DNA from: Promethearchaeota archaeon
GTDB taxonomy: Archaea; Asgardarchaeota; Lokiarchaeia; Sigyniarchaeales; SOKP01
Direction of reading: 5' to 3'
NCBI GenBank assembly: GCA_048939015.1
Contig: JBHLPW010000006.1
Coordinates: forward strand, 32,001-96,000
DNA length: 64,000 nucleotides
This document shows, in pieces, positions 26,133 through 37,300 of this stretch. Each line of letters opens with the position of its first letter. Position 1 is the stretch's first letter. Position numbers and translations under genes: made by a program. The notes beneath the pieces were generated by a model. The model was given only the letters and a program-made list of their open reading frames with translations, searched no databases and was not told the origin of the DNA.

Positions 26133-27362
26133 TTATTCATAATTTTTAAGTATATCTTCTAAATCTTCATAAGATAATAAAATGTCATTAAAGATTTTTA
26201 TTAAAAACTTTATAATTTCTCTAGGATTACCTTTTGTTTGATTAAATATAGATTTCAAAATATTTTCATTTAAAGGATAAAGTGAATCAGAAAAATCCTT
26301 ATTATAGTCAAGAGAATTAATATGAGCAAAAAAAAACTCTAAATTCTTCTTATAAAACTGAAAAAGATCTTCTTCAACGAAATTTGATAAAACTATTGGT
26401 TTTTTTACAAGATTTAGAAGATTACTATTTTTACGTTCAATCTCACTTATGATCTCTTTATAAAATTCCATCGACTTCAATGTGATGATGATTCTAAGAC
26501 CATCAATTTTAGTTAATTTTAAGATTTTATCTAAGATTTTCTCTGCTCTCCTTTTATCAGGTGATTGTCTAGTTCCATAAAGCCAGCTTCGATCGAATAC
26601 TTCTTCTTCCTCTTCTCCTTCTTCCTCGATTTGTATAGGACTTATCATTGAAACAATTTTTTCAAAATCATCAATAAATAAAACACTATTGACCATGGCA
26701 TTTTCAACTAATACCTTAAGCATTGTATATGAATTATTCCTTTCTCTTAAGTCATGCTTTAGATTTAATCTTGAAAGATCTCTTATATCGATTACTTCGC
26801 CTAAAAACCATCTTTCCACATCCATTTTTTTATATGGATCTAATTGATGTGTTGTAATAGCAGTTATGATATCAGTTATCGCTTTTTTGTTTTCGAATTT
26901 TTGAGCCCACTTCTCAAATGCTTTATTTTTAACTTTTTCAATATCTCCTATATGAAAAAAACCAAATTTTCTTTCTAATGCGCCCCATTCATTACAAAGT
27001 CTTCTTGCTATATTTCTTAATACTTCTATACCCATATTCTCTATAAATTCTGCATAAGTATTGTTATAAAATTTCTTTATAACATTCTCTAGAGATATAT
27101 AAACAATATTATAATAGTATAATTCATGTTTTAATGCCCAATATAAATGTGTTTTTCCAGTTCCTACATCTCCAATAATAGGTAAGATGAAATTCTCTTC
27201 TTTTTCAGTAATATTGATGATATTTTGAATAAAATCTTGCCTTGAATGCACTAATCCAATATCTTCTTCAATTTCTCCTGTAGAAACAAATTTTTTAAAA
27301 GGAGATCCCGTAAATCTTAAAAGATTTAACAATTTTTGTTCTTTATTTTCAAAAAGAAGCAT
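26133..27362 (-). CDS. P-loop (AAA-like) ATPase
   Basis: Walker A GDVGTGKT, Walker B LFIDDFE, C-terminal GNPR. Confidence 0.8.
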   Translation of the reverse strand: MLLFENKEQKLLNLLRFTGSPFKKFVSTGEIEEDIGLVHSRQDFIQNIINITEKEENFILPIIGDVGTGKTHLYWALKHELYYYNIVYISLENVIKKFYNNTYAEFIENMGIEVLRNIARRLCNEWGALERKFGFFHIGDIEKVKNKAFEKWAQKFENKKAITDIITAITTHQLDPYKKMDVERWFLGEVIDIRDLSRLNLKHDLRERNNSYTMLKVLVENAMVNSVLFIDDFEKIVSMISPIQIEEEGEEEEEVFDRSWLYGTRQSPDKRRAEKILDKILKLTKIDGLRIIITLKSMEFYKEIISEIERKNSNLLNLVKKPIVLSNFVEEDLFQFYKKNLEFFFAHINSLDYNKDFSDSLYPLNENILKSIFNQTKGNPREIIKFLIKIFNDILLSYEDLEDILKNYE

Positions 27363-27379
27363 TTTAAATCAGATTATTA

Positions 27380-28003
27380 TCAAATTTTTAATTCCTCTAT
27401 TCCTAATACTGCAATATATTCAACTACTTTATCATCAACGTTAACTATTGGTTCATAACTTATATTTAGATCTTCATTTTCATCCCTTCCCACAATTAAA
27501 CAATCATAGAAAACAGGATTACCATTATCATCAATTACAACTCTGTCAGCAACAATGATACCATTTCTTATCATCGAGATTGGATTTTTGAGTATTTCTC
27601 CTTTAAAAAAATCTAAATGATTAACACCATATTTGGGATCATTCACTATAAGCGCAGCAGTGTGTAGTAAGTTTATAGTAAATGGAAAATCATTTGAGAA
27701 TTGCCCCTGATCATATTGTTCCATCGTGTCTTCTGGTATTAAAACTGAATATTCCAACGGAATTTCGTCTAAATCCCATTTAAAATCAACTTTTCTTGAA
27801 AATGCATTTAATTTTTTTCCTTTCTCTTCAAACCCAGTAATTAGGCCTTCAGATATACTAATTCCTTCAGAATCTGAAATTTCAATATTATCTGAAAAGA
27901 TGATTTTATCTTGATATTTAGATATAATCGATCCTTTAAACTTTCCATTAATTTTAACTTCTTTTAAAGAATCAAATAATACTAAACTGTCTACATCATT
28001 CAT
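27380..28003 (-). CDS. Acidic hypothetical protein
   Basis: 207-aa ORF, co-oriented and 17 bp upstream of the ATPase. Confidence 0.65.
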   Translation of the reverse strand: MNDVDSLVLFDSLKEVKINGKFKGSIISKYQDKIIFSDNIEISDSEGISISEGLITGFEEKGKKLNAFSRKVDFKWDLDEIPLEYSVLIPEDTMEQYDQGQFSNDFPFTINLLHTAALIVNDPKYGVNHLDFFKGEILKNPISMIRNGIIVADRVVIDDNGNPVFYDCLIVGRDENEDLNISYEPIVNVDDKVVEYIAVLGIEELKI

Positions 28004-28138
28004 GGTAACTAAATTTTCATCAATATTTTAGAGTCTTCCTTTCCGTGTATTTCAAGGTAATATCATTAATATTATATATATAATCTTTCCATATAATTTT
28101 AGATACAGTATAATACTTGCATCAGTATATTTAGCAAA

Positions 28139-29383
28139 ATGGGTTCTTCCATCCTTTCTCCACAAATTTCAGAACTTTCAAGATTAGATTTATTAAATAG
28201 ATCAAGTCAGTTCATTTTTTCAACTGGTCTAAATGATGGAACATCAAAATTATGCCAAGCAAACATGAAGTATGGTCTAGCTATGTTCCATCTTATTCAA
28301 GAAAAGTATGGATTTGAACCTAAAGCAACTTTTATTTCTTCTCCTGATGAAACTATCTCGAGAAATAAGTTTAGATGGAATTCTGGTTTGGGATATGGAG
28401 GAAGATTGAATTGGGGTGATGGGAAAGAAAAATTGGTCTTTCTAAATACTAAACCTAATTGTTGTGGAATTTTAGTCGGTGGTTTAGAAGAATTACCTGA
28501 TCCTTATGACCTGATAAAAAAAATTGACACTATTAAATCAAAAGAACTTTATCATGATGAAGTCTTAATTGATTGGGATTATGGAATCTCTAATCATTTT
28601 ATTAATTGCTTTGAATTAAAGAATCTCTCTGATATCGAACTTCCACCTTATATTTTTCTTATTCATGGGTCAGCTCCAGAATATAGAAGTGATAAATATG
28701 GTATTGGACTGTATATTGATAAATCAGAAGCATTACAAGATGTCGCAATCGAAGAGAAATGTAAATTAGGCACACAATATATATTATTGGATTCTGATGC
28801 TAAAGATTATCTTAAATTCAGCAAAGAAGCTTTAGAGTTTTCGAGTGTAAAAAGAGAGATAATAGCTAAGAATCTTTTCGATTATGGATATGAAATTATA
28901 TGTAATCAACCTCATCAGTTTTTAAAAGATTTTAATAATATGTATCTAGGAAGTAACTGTACTGACCTTAAATGTGATTTAATTACTTCAGAAATATTTC
29001 CTACCACTCTTAGAGCAGATATTGCAGCATATCTATTCAGAGGTAAAACTAATTTTTCTGAGACAACTCTTAGAAATCAAAAACTTTTAGAAAGAGCAGA
29101 AAACCTAGAGTTATTAGAATTATTAAAGAATGCTTGTATTCTTCCACATGGAGGAGGATATGAGTTTACAGACGTTGAAGACGTTTTAGATATATTAGAA
29201 TATAAGAATCAAAGATATTTTGTTACTTCGTTGAAGACTAATATCAGTAGATTAAAAATAGTAAGAAACGTGAGTGAGTTACAATTTGGTTACCGAGGCC
29301 GTGATATCATCCTTAAAACTATTCAATTGGATCTTGGAGATATTATAGCTCGCTTAAATCCATTGTTTTCCTTGAAACTTTAA
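28139..29383 (+). CDS. Divergent RtcB-like protein
   Basis: RtcB-like motifs in the expected order: NCCG, G.SNHF, IHGS, PHQ, PHGGG. Confidence 0.6.
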   Translation: MGSSILSPQISELSRLDLLNRSSQFIFSTGLNDGTSKLCQANMKYGLAMFHLIQEKYGFEPKATFISSPDETISRNKFRWNSGLGYGGRLNWGDGKEKLVFLNTKPNCCGILVGGLEELPDPYDLIKKIDTIKSKELYHDEVLIDWDYGISNHFINCFELKNLSDIELPPYIFLIHGSAPEYRSDKYGIGLYIDKSEALQDVAIEEKCKLGTQYILLDSDAKDYLKFSKEALEFSSVKREIIAKNLFDYGYEIICNQPHQFLKDFNNMYLGSNCTDLKCDLITSEIFPTTLRADIAAYLFRGKTNFSETTLRNQKLLERAENLELLELLKNACILPHGGGYEFTDVEDVLDILEYKNQRYFVTSLKTNISRLKIVRNVSELQFGYRGRDIILKTIQLDLGDIIARLNPLFSLKL

Positions 29384-29384
29384 T

Positions 29385-31448
29385 TCATTCTATTCTTGCT
29401 CCTAAAGGAAGATCTTTATCAGGTACTAAAACAGATACATTATCACCCTCAACAGCAGCAAGAAGCATACCTTCACTTAATATTCCTCTCAATTTACGAG
29501 GTTCTAAATTCGTTAAAACTATGATTTTTTTTCCTTTTAGATCTTCTGCTTTATAATACTCTGCTAATCCAGCAACCAAAGTTCTTTTTTCAGATCCCAA
29601 ATCAATTAAAAGCTTATAAAGTTTATTTGCTTTAGGAACTTTTTCTACTTTTTCAACTAAAGCTACTCGAATATCTAATTTTTTAAATTCGTCATAAGAT
29701 ACCAAATCTTTCTCACCTTCTTTTTTAGTTCCTTCTTTTATTTTTTTATAATTTTCTTTAATTTCATCAATATCTAATTTTTGAAATAGAGGTTCCGGTT
29801 TCTTAATTGCTTGTCCTGCTTTCAAAGAATTTTCATTAATACTATCCCATGCTAATTCTGATAATTTTGGACAACTTAAATATGATAAAATCTTTTCTGA
29901 GGTTTCTGGGATGAATGGACTTAGTAATATTGCCAAGGCATATGATGCTTGAGCACACAAATTAAAAACATATCCTGCCGCAGCTTTATTTTTCTTAATC
30001 AAGTGCCATGGTGCTTTTTCATTTAAATAAACATTACCATCCCTTCCAAAATTCACAATTTCTCTCAATGCTTTTCTAATTTCAAATCTTTGCAATAAAT
30101 CTCCTACTATCACAGAAATAGAGTTTATTTTTAATACAAAAGCTTTATCTACTTCATCTGGCTCAACCTTTCCAGGTATTTTATTATTAAATTGCCTATT
30201 GATAAAAGTCATAGAGCGATGAATAAAATTACCAATTACATCATTTAACATCTTATTAGTATTCTCAAATTCAGACCATAAGAATGATGTATCACTTGTT
30301 TCAGGTCTATTATATAATAGATTAAAACGCCAATAGTCTAATGGAGCTAGCTTCAAAGCTTCATCAATCCATATCCCTATTCTTCTTGATTTTGAGAATT
30401 TTTGATTCTCATACATTAACCATTCTGTAGATGATACATTATATGGTAATACAAGTTCTTGACCCTTTTCCTTGTTGTCATTATAAGCTAATAATAATCC
30501 TGGAAATACAATTAAATGAAAAATAATATTATCTTTTCCAATAAAATAGACTGTTTTTGTATTAGGATCGTTCCAAAAGTATTCAAATTTGGTTGGATCA
30601 TTAATCAAATTTACAGCCCATTCCTTTACAGCCGTTATATAGCCAATTACAGCTTCAAACCACACATAAATAGTTTTATCCTCAGCGTTCTCGAATGGTG
30701 CGGGAATTCCCCACTTTAGATCTCGTGTGATTGCTCTTTCAGGTAGTCCCTCTGCAATACTATTCAAACACATTTGCCGCGCATTAACGGGTATAATTTC
30801 ATTTTGTTCAATTAACTTTTCTAATCGATCTTGCAATTTCGGAAGATCTAAATACCAGTGTTTGGTTTTTTTAACGGTAGGAGTATGTCCACACACCGCA
30901 CATTTAGGGTTAATTAGTTCTAAAGGAGTTAGTAATTTCTGACATTTATCACATTGATCTCCTCTTGCATCTTCAAAATTGCAATGCGGGCATGTTCCTT
31001 CCACAAACCTATCAGGAAGAAATAAATTATCCTTTTTACAATAAAGTGACTCAATCTCTTTTTCTAAGATATACCCATTTTTCTGTATATCTAAATACAT
31101 TTTCTGTACAAATTCAATATGGGTAGGATTATGAGTTATCGTATAGTTGTCAAAAGAAATTTGCCATTTCTCATGCAAATCTTTGATAATCTTATGATAT
31201 TTAAAGGCTAAATCTTCAGCAGAAACTTGTAATTTTTTAGCTTCTATAGATACTGGGGTTCCATGAGAGTCAGAACCTGAGACAAACACTACTTCTTCTC
31301 CTTTCATTCTCAAGAATCTTGCGAATACATCTGCTGAAAGTGTACTGCCAATTAAATTACCTAAATGTGGAGTAGCATTCACATAGGGCCACGCTGAAGT
31401 TACAACCCATTTATTTCTTTTTTGAGTATCTAATTTAATCAACCTCAT
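29385..31448 (-). CDS. metG: Methionine--tRNA ligase with C-terminal tRNA-binding domain
   Basis: HLGN, Zn knuckles, YVWFEA, GKDNI.FH, KFSKS, C-terminal OB-fold. Confidence 0.97.
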   Translation of the reverse strand: MRLIKLDTQKRNKWVVTSAWPYVNATPHLGNLIGSTLSADVFARFLRMKGEEVVFVSGSDSHGTPVSIEAKKLQVSAEDLAFKYHKIIKDLHEKWQISFDNYTITHNPTHIEFVQKMYLDIQKNGYILEKEIESLYCKKDNLFLPDRFVEGTCPHCNFEDARGDQCDKCQKLLTPLELINPKCAVCGHTPTVKKTKHWYLDLPKLQDRLEKLIEQNEIIPVNARQMCLNSIAEGLPERAITRDLKWGIPAPFENAEDKTIYVWFEAVIGYITAVKEWAVNLINDPTKFEYFWNDPNTKTVYFIGKDNIIFHLIVFPGLLLAYNDNKEKGQELVLPYNVSSTEWLMYENQKFSKSRRIGIWIDEALKLAPLDYWRFNLLYNRPETSDTSFLWSEFENTNKMLNDVIGNFIHRSMTFINRQFNNKIPGKVEPDEVDKAFVLKINSISVIVGDLLQRFEIRKALREIVNFGRDGNVYLNEKAPWHLIKKNKAAAGYVFNLCAQASYALAILLSPFIPETSEKILSYLSCPKLSELAWDSINENSLKAGQAIKKPEPLFQKLDIDEIKENYKKIKEGTKKEGEKDLVSYDEFKKLDIRVALVEKVEKVPKANKLYKLLIDLGSEKRTLVAGLAEYYKAEDLKGKKIIVLTNLEPRKLRGILSEGMLLAAVEGDNVSVLVPDKDLPLGARIE

Positions 31449-31516
31449 AAATTGAATTTAATAATAAAAAGAATGCCATGCTTAAATAATTTAAACATCT
31501 ATGATTAAATAATTGG

Positions 31517-32698
31517 TTATTTTAAGATAATTTTTGCTCCGCAATATCTACATGCTTTAATTTCCTTATACATCTTTTGAAAACATGGTTCGTGATAATA
31601 AGATTTACAATTTTCACATTGATATACTTTAAAATCTCCTAAAAAGATATTATGGCAATAAGAACAAGATGCATCGATTTCATCAATCTTTTCATCTGGG
31701 ATTAGTGAGAATTCTGTCTCAAAGATTTCATCTTCTTCTATGATCTTTATCTCTGATAGTTCCTCTGTTTTTTCCTTAACAAGCTTTAATGCAGCTCTAG
31801 GAAGCTCTAAAAGGAAGAAACAAAAAGGGCATCGAAATACATTTTCTTTATATTCCGTCTTTTTAGCCCACATTGCAGCACATGATAAATGCATTGCTCT
31901 ATCACAACTAGGACAGTAACGTCCCTCACTGAAAAAATCAGCTCCAGTAACTACAGCTTTAATAGAATGACATATCTGACATTTTTGTTGCCCTCTACTG
32001 GATCCTCCCATCATCAACCGAATATCTAACAAAGTCGGTCTTCTTAACGGAAGTGCAATTTCACTGACTAAAGGGGCAATATCTTTTTTTTTCTCTGGAG
32101 AGAAGTAATCTGTACTCCCCCTCATATCCTTTTTTGAAGCAAATTCTTTACCCGCAAAAATTAATGCTTTTGAATTATTAAAATACCCATAATCTCCTCC
32201 CGTTTTTTGTGTTATTCTCTTTAAAGAGAATTCTTCATAATCTTGTTTTCCACCTAATTGACAAGCATCGATGAATACTCCTAATCCCTTAGCAATTTCT
32301 ACCATCTTTGATAATTTATTGACATCAATATTTAATTTATTATCTGTAATTATAAAAATACGAGGTATTTTACCACCGATTTTTCGCATTTCCTCAACAA
32401 GAATTTGTAGAGCGAATGCAATGCCTTCATGTAAAAATCCTTGACCTGAAATTTGCACTTTTTTTAAAGATTCGATTAGCTTATGTTCTTCAAATGCAAA
32501 ATCTATTAACTTTTTGGTGGTATTTCCAAAGGTGATTATAGAAATTCGATCTTTCATATCAATTGATAATTTTGATTTAATAAAATTCTTTGCAGCTTCT
32601 ATTTGCACCTTCAATCTACTTGGTTTAAAGTCTTTTCTCAGCATTGACCTAGAAGCATCTAAAAGCATAACGGTATCTTCTATTTTTAAATCGGGCAA
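31517..32698 (-). CDS. vWA domain protein with two C4HC3 RING/PHD-like zinc fingers (Ssl1/TFIIH-p44-like architecture)
   Basis: LLDASRSMLRKDFKPSRL vWA start, TGG.Y, fingers CQIC..CPSC...HLSC..CPFC and CSYC..CENC...HEPC..CRYC. Confidence 0.78.
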   Translation of the reverse strand: MPDLKIEDTVMLLDASRSMLRKDFKPSRLKVQIEAAKNFIKSKLSIDMKDRISIITFGNTTKKLIDFAFEEHKLIESLKKVQISGQGFLHEGIAFALQILVEEMRKIGGKIPRIFIITDNKLNIDVNKLSKMVEIAKGLGVFIDACQLGGKQDYEEFSLKRITQKTGGDYGYFNNSKALIFAGKEFASKKDMRGSTDYFSPEKKKDIAPLVSEIALPLRRPTLLDIRLMMGGSSRGQQKCQICHSIKAVVTGADFFSEGRYCPSCDRAMHLSCAAMWAKKTEYKENVFRCPFCFFLLELPRAALKLVKEKTEELSEIKIIEEDEIFETEFSLIPDEKIDEIDASCSYCHNIFLGDFKVYQCENCKSYYHEPCFQKMYKEIKACRYCGAKIILK

Positions 32699-32788
32699 AG
32701 TGTCTAAAAAGTTTTCTATTAATTGAAGTTTAATAAAATAATATTAGTAGAATCTTATAAATTTCTATCAATTTAAAATAACTGATAG

Positions 32789-34150
32789 TTATTTTAGAAA
32801 ATTATACGCAAATAATGTATAGACTTTTATAGTATCAACAAAATCTTGAATTTTAATTGATTCATCTATAGCATGTGCCGAGAACGCTTCTCCGGGTCCA
32901 AAGATAATAGTTTGAGGGCAAAAATTACTATTCCGGAGATATCTAGAATCGGCAGTCCCTATTCCAAGTATATAAGCTGGTTTTCCTCCAAAAATTCTTA
33001 CTAAAATATCCACAAAATCTTTTAGTTCTTGAGAATTTTCCCAATTTTCCCAATATGAAGCTTCACTATATCGATATATTTCAATATAAACAAAAATTTC
33101 TCGAGGATTTCCTCTAGGTTCATTTTTTACTTCATAACCTAAATCTTTAGTAATCACTTTTTTTAAAGCGTCAAGAATCATATCAACTTTTTGGCCTGGT
33201 AATAATCTAAAATCTATAATTGCTTCACAGCGATCAGGTATCACATTTTCTTTGAAGCCCCCATTAATGATAGTAAAACTTTTACTAAACTGTGTCATTG
33301 AATTAAAAATAAATTGAAGAACCTCTTGTTCATTAAAAATTCTTTCAAATTGTTCTTTACTTGGAAATAAATTACCAAAAATTTCTTTATATCGTTCATA
33401 AGAAATTGGTGGCTTTATTTTTGGCATATATTTATCCATTTTATCCAAGTTTACAATAATTTCACTCATCATATTGATAGAATTCTTTGCCATAGAAGGC
33501 ATCATCGAATGACCCATAATCCCACTTGTTATAACTTTTAGATGTAGATGCCCTTTTTCACCAACAGAAATTCCTTTACCTATAGGTTGCATCCCGGTCA
33601 TTTCCCCAACAACTGCAAAATCACATTTAATAGATTTTAATAGATTCTCTAAACTCCATTTTGCCCCTAATTTTCCTCCTGTTTCTTCATCTGCTACAGC
33701 ATTAAGGATTAGATTTCCAGATAGGTTTAAGTCCATTTTTTTTAAAATCTTTAAACTTATTACCATTGCTGATAATCCAGATTTCATATCCACCGCACCT
33801 CTTCCAAAAATCTTTTGATTTTTCTTACCACCCTTAATAATGCCAGATAATGGAGGAAATTTCCAATCTTCCTCATTTCCAGGAGGAACAACATCCATAT
33901 GTCCGTTATATAAGAGATTTCTTCCATTAAAATTATCTTTTAAGTAGGCTATTAAATTAGCTCGATTATCGCCAAAGGGATAAATTTCTGTTTTAATTCC
34001 AGAATCACTTAGGAATTCTTCAATTACAAGTGCTACATTTTTTTCATTACCAGGAGGATTATAAGATTCTGCTTGAATCATTTTTTGTAAGAAACTGATA
34101 TACTCATCTTTATTCTGTTCAATTTCATTTATTATTTGATCTTCGCTCAT
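32789..34150 (-). CDS. M20 family metallopeptidase (ArgE/DapE-like)
   Basis: NGHMDVVP, GRGAVDMK, DEE, FGPG...AH. Confidence 0.92.
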   Translation of the reverse strand: MSEDQIINEIEQNKDEYISFLQKMIQAESYNPPGNEKNVALVIEEFLSDSGIKTEIYPFGDNRANLIAYLKDNFNGRNLLYNGHMDVVPPGNEEDWKFPPLSGIIKGGKKNQKIFGRGAVDMKSGLSAMVISLKILKKMDLNLSGNLILNAVADEETGGKLGAKWSLENLLKSIKCDFAVVGEMTGMQPIGKGISVGEKGHLHLKVITSGIMGHSMMPSMAKNSINMMSEIIVNLDKMDKYMPKIKPPISYERYKEIFGNLFPSKEQFERIFNEQEVLQFIFNSMTQFSKSFTIINGGFKENVIPDRCEAIIDFRLLPGQKVDMILDALKKVITKDLGYEVKNEPRGNPREIFVYIEIYRYSEASYWENWENSQELKDFVDILVRIFGGKPAYILGIGTADSRYLRNSNFCPQTIIFGPGEAFSAHAIDESIKIQDFVDTIKVYTLFAYNFLK

Positions 34151-34316
34151 CTCTTAATTCCTGAAACTTTTTAACTTATTTAGATATATAGAAGGTTTTG
34201 GAGTTTTATAATATTTTGTCATTTTAACTTTAACCTAAATAAAATTAATAAATTTAGCAAATTTTAATACTTTTAAATTATTTTATTATCAAAAATTAGA
34301 TATTTCGGTAATTTTC

Positions 34317-37300
34317 TTGATTCGACGTAAAAAAGAGATAAAGCGAATTTTCTTTTCCGCGCTTTTCATTATTACAATTTGCTTAGCAAATGTGCAGATC
34401 TTAAATAATTTTAATACTCTTCAAGGTGGAGAGGTAAATAATATTGTTGATGAAAATTTATTAAATGATGCTCTTAAGAGTTCTAATTCTAATTTAGATG
34501 ATAATATTACAGGTTTTGGAGTAAATCAAGACGTTAGAATATATGCAAATAATGTTTCAGAAAATCTATTGAATAATGAAGGGTTTTTCGAAATTCCCTC
34601 TGTTGCTTCTGAGGATATGTTTCTTACATATGGTAATTTTAATTTTACCTTTCAAAATAATTTCACAACAGATTATACAATAGAAAATAATAGTGCTCTT
34701 TATGCCGAAAATTTTATTGAGTTTGGTTATGATACAGGATATTTTACTATGAATTTCAAAAATGGTTCAATGACAGGTGATTACACTGATTTATGGGATA
34801 ATAATAATGGAACCTCTATTGAATTAAGTAGTGATCCCAGTGGGTTATTAAATTTTACTATGACCGCAAATTATACAGACACAACCTACACTTCTGGAGT
34901 GATAAATGGGAATGTTGAATTTAACCGTACTAAAATTTTAGCTCTAATTTCATCTTTAGTTTTTACCATTCAGAATAGTGAAGATGTAAACTTGACTGTA
35001 CGGATAAAGAATTATTCGGATTCAACTTGGAAAGAACTAATATCTGTTCTCCCGATAAATGGTAGTTTAGGTATTCAGGAATTAAAGGATCATTTTATTA
35101 ATGAAAATTTGAATTTTATTGATCTTAATAATGTGTGTGAAATTGAATTTGTTTTAGAAAGAGGAGATTCATTTAGCACTCTTTTCCATGAATATAAATT
35201 ACAATCAGTATATGCCTTCGATCTTCCAATAACAAATCAATCATATGTTGCCTTAGAATTTGATTTGAAAGGAAAAAAATCAACTGTTAATGGGTTTTAT
35301 GCATGGATAAGAACACTCAATCTTACAGCAGCTGCTTCAACTCAAATAAATATAAGTTTATATAGAGCAAATAGAACTTTGATAAGATCTGAAGTTAATT
35401 TACAGAATGTTGATTTAGGTCCAAAATATAATGAAATGATAGATTCAATAGTGGTAAATACATATATAGAAGATGGTCTTTCCTATTTTGAATTCAATAG
35501 GGCTAATACTACCAATTTGAACCTTTATAATTATTTCATAATCATAAAAACTAATAATCCACAAGAAGTTTACAGTTTAGTTACAATTCCTCATTTTACA
35601 TATGGAGATAGTGAAACTGAACATCAATTAAAAATTACAACTAATGATGGATTAAATTGGAGAAATGCTAAAAAAATTATTACAACGACTAATCTACCAT
35701 ATACATCTGGTCAATTAGACGCAAGCTCATTTAAGTTAAATGTAACACGAGGATATATGCCTTCAGATTTCATTGTTAATAATAACCAAACTTTACGGAT
35801 TCAAGATATTCCGTTAGAAGATTTAGAGGATAAGTCATTTCCTTATAATGAAAGTTCATATTTGACATGGGGAATTGGTCAATGGAAGCATAATTTCTCA
35901 ACCATCATTGAAGATGATACATTTAATAATTTTCGAGTTGATGTTAATTGGAACAAGACAATAATCAAAGGATTCATGTTCAATGTTTCCGATTATTCTG
36001 TAATAGGATACTGGGTTGAAAATGCTTCAGCTACTTATTCTGTATATTATGATGATAATCCTAATTGGTTGTTTAAATATGATTTTAATGCCTCTAGCAT
36101 ATTATTCAATAATTGGGATTTTGTTGAATTATGGTATGTTTTTCAAGATTATTTTATAGCATATAATGTTACTAACCCAGATAATGAGAAAATTCTTACC
36201 TATAAACCAGCCCAAACAATTTTAGAGGGAGATCCAGGTAAAAATAAAGTAGTTGTTGATGGAAGTTTATTAACGCTAAACGGAGTGTATACACTTAATT
36301 TAAGTTCATTTAATTTTATCCATGATATGAATAGTTACATCAATTATAAAGGGAGATTATGGGAATCTAATGGTTTTATGTATGGAGATAATATATCAAT
36401 GAGTTTAGATATAAAAGATCATAAAGATAATGCTCCTAAAAGCGGTGAAGTGAATTCCATTCTATTCTATCCAAATGGCTCAAAATTTCGTGAATTAAAT
36501 TGGACAAATGGTTATATTGATGATAATATTTTAAGATATGATTTCAATAACAGGACTATTTTAAATTTAACAAATGCTCTTACAGTTTTTGGAGAATACC
36601 ATTTAGGTTTCTTTTGGTTTAATGGCTCTGCGATTGGGTGTAAAAAGATACCTATTTATATTGATACTTATGATGTTGTTTTGTATAATTGTGAATATTA
36701 TCCACAAATAGATACAAATGTTCTTGATGGTGAAATTAAAAATAAAGTTTTTCGAAATTACACCATATTCGTTGCTTCTATTAACGAAACTACGGGAATT
36801 TCCATACCAAACTTTTACCCTATAAATAATACAGGAATAGACACAACATATTCTCGTAAAATAGGAGATCAAGACTTACCAGTTTTATTGTCTTCATTTA
36901 AACAAAGTGAAAATATTTTAAATCCAAATGAAACTGTCGATATAAGTGTCTCACTTCAAAACTTACATACATTTCTTCCCGTGAATGTAAAAATTGATGT
37001 AAAATTAGTATCATATATTAATAAAGATTGGATTATAGCTGAAAATACATCTAATACAATTTCACTAAATTTTTCAGGTCATAAGAACGATAATCGAGAA
37101 TTTGATGTAAAATTATCAATTCCAGATTTGGATGTTAGTAGTAATACTTGGGAAGGTGTTAATGCACCAGTTAGATTAGGAGGCGTAAAAACATTAATAA
37201 CTATCTATATTGATGATTTTGAGGCTGGAGAATATGAGAGTCCAGATTATTCATTATTGAGTAATAAAACCTCTAATGATTTTGAAGGTTATATTCTTGG

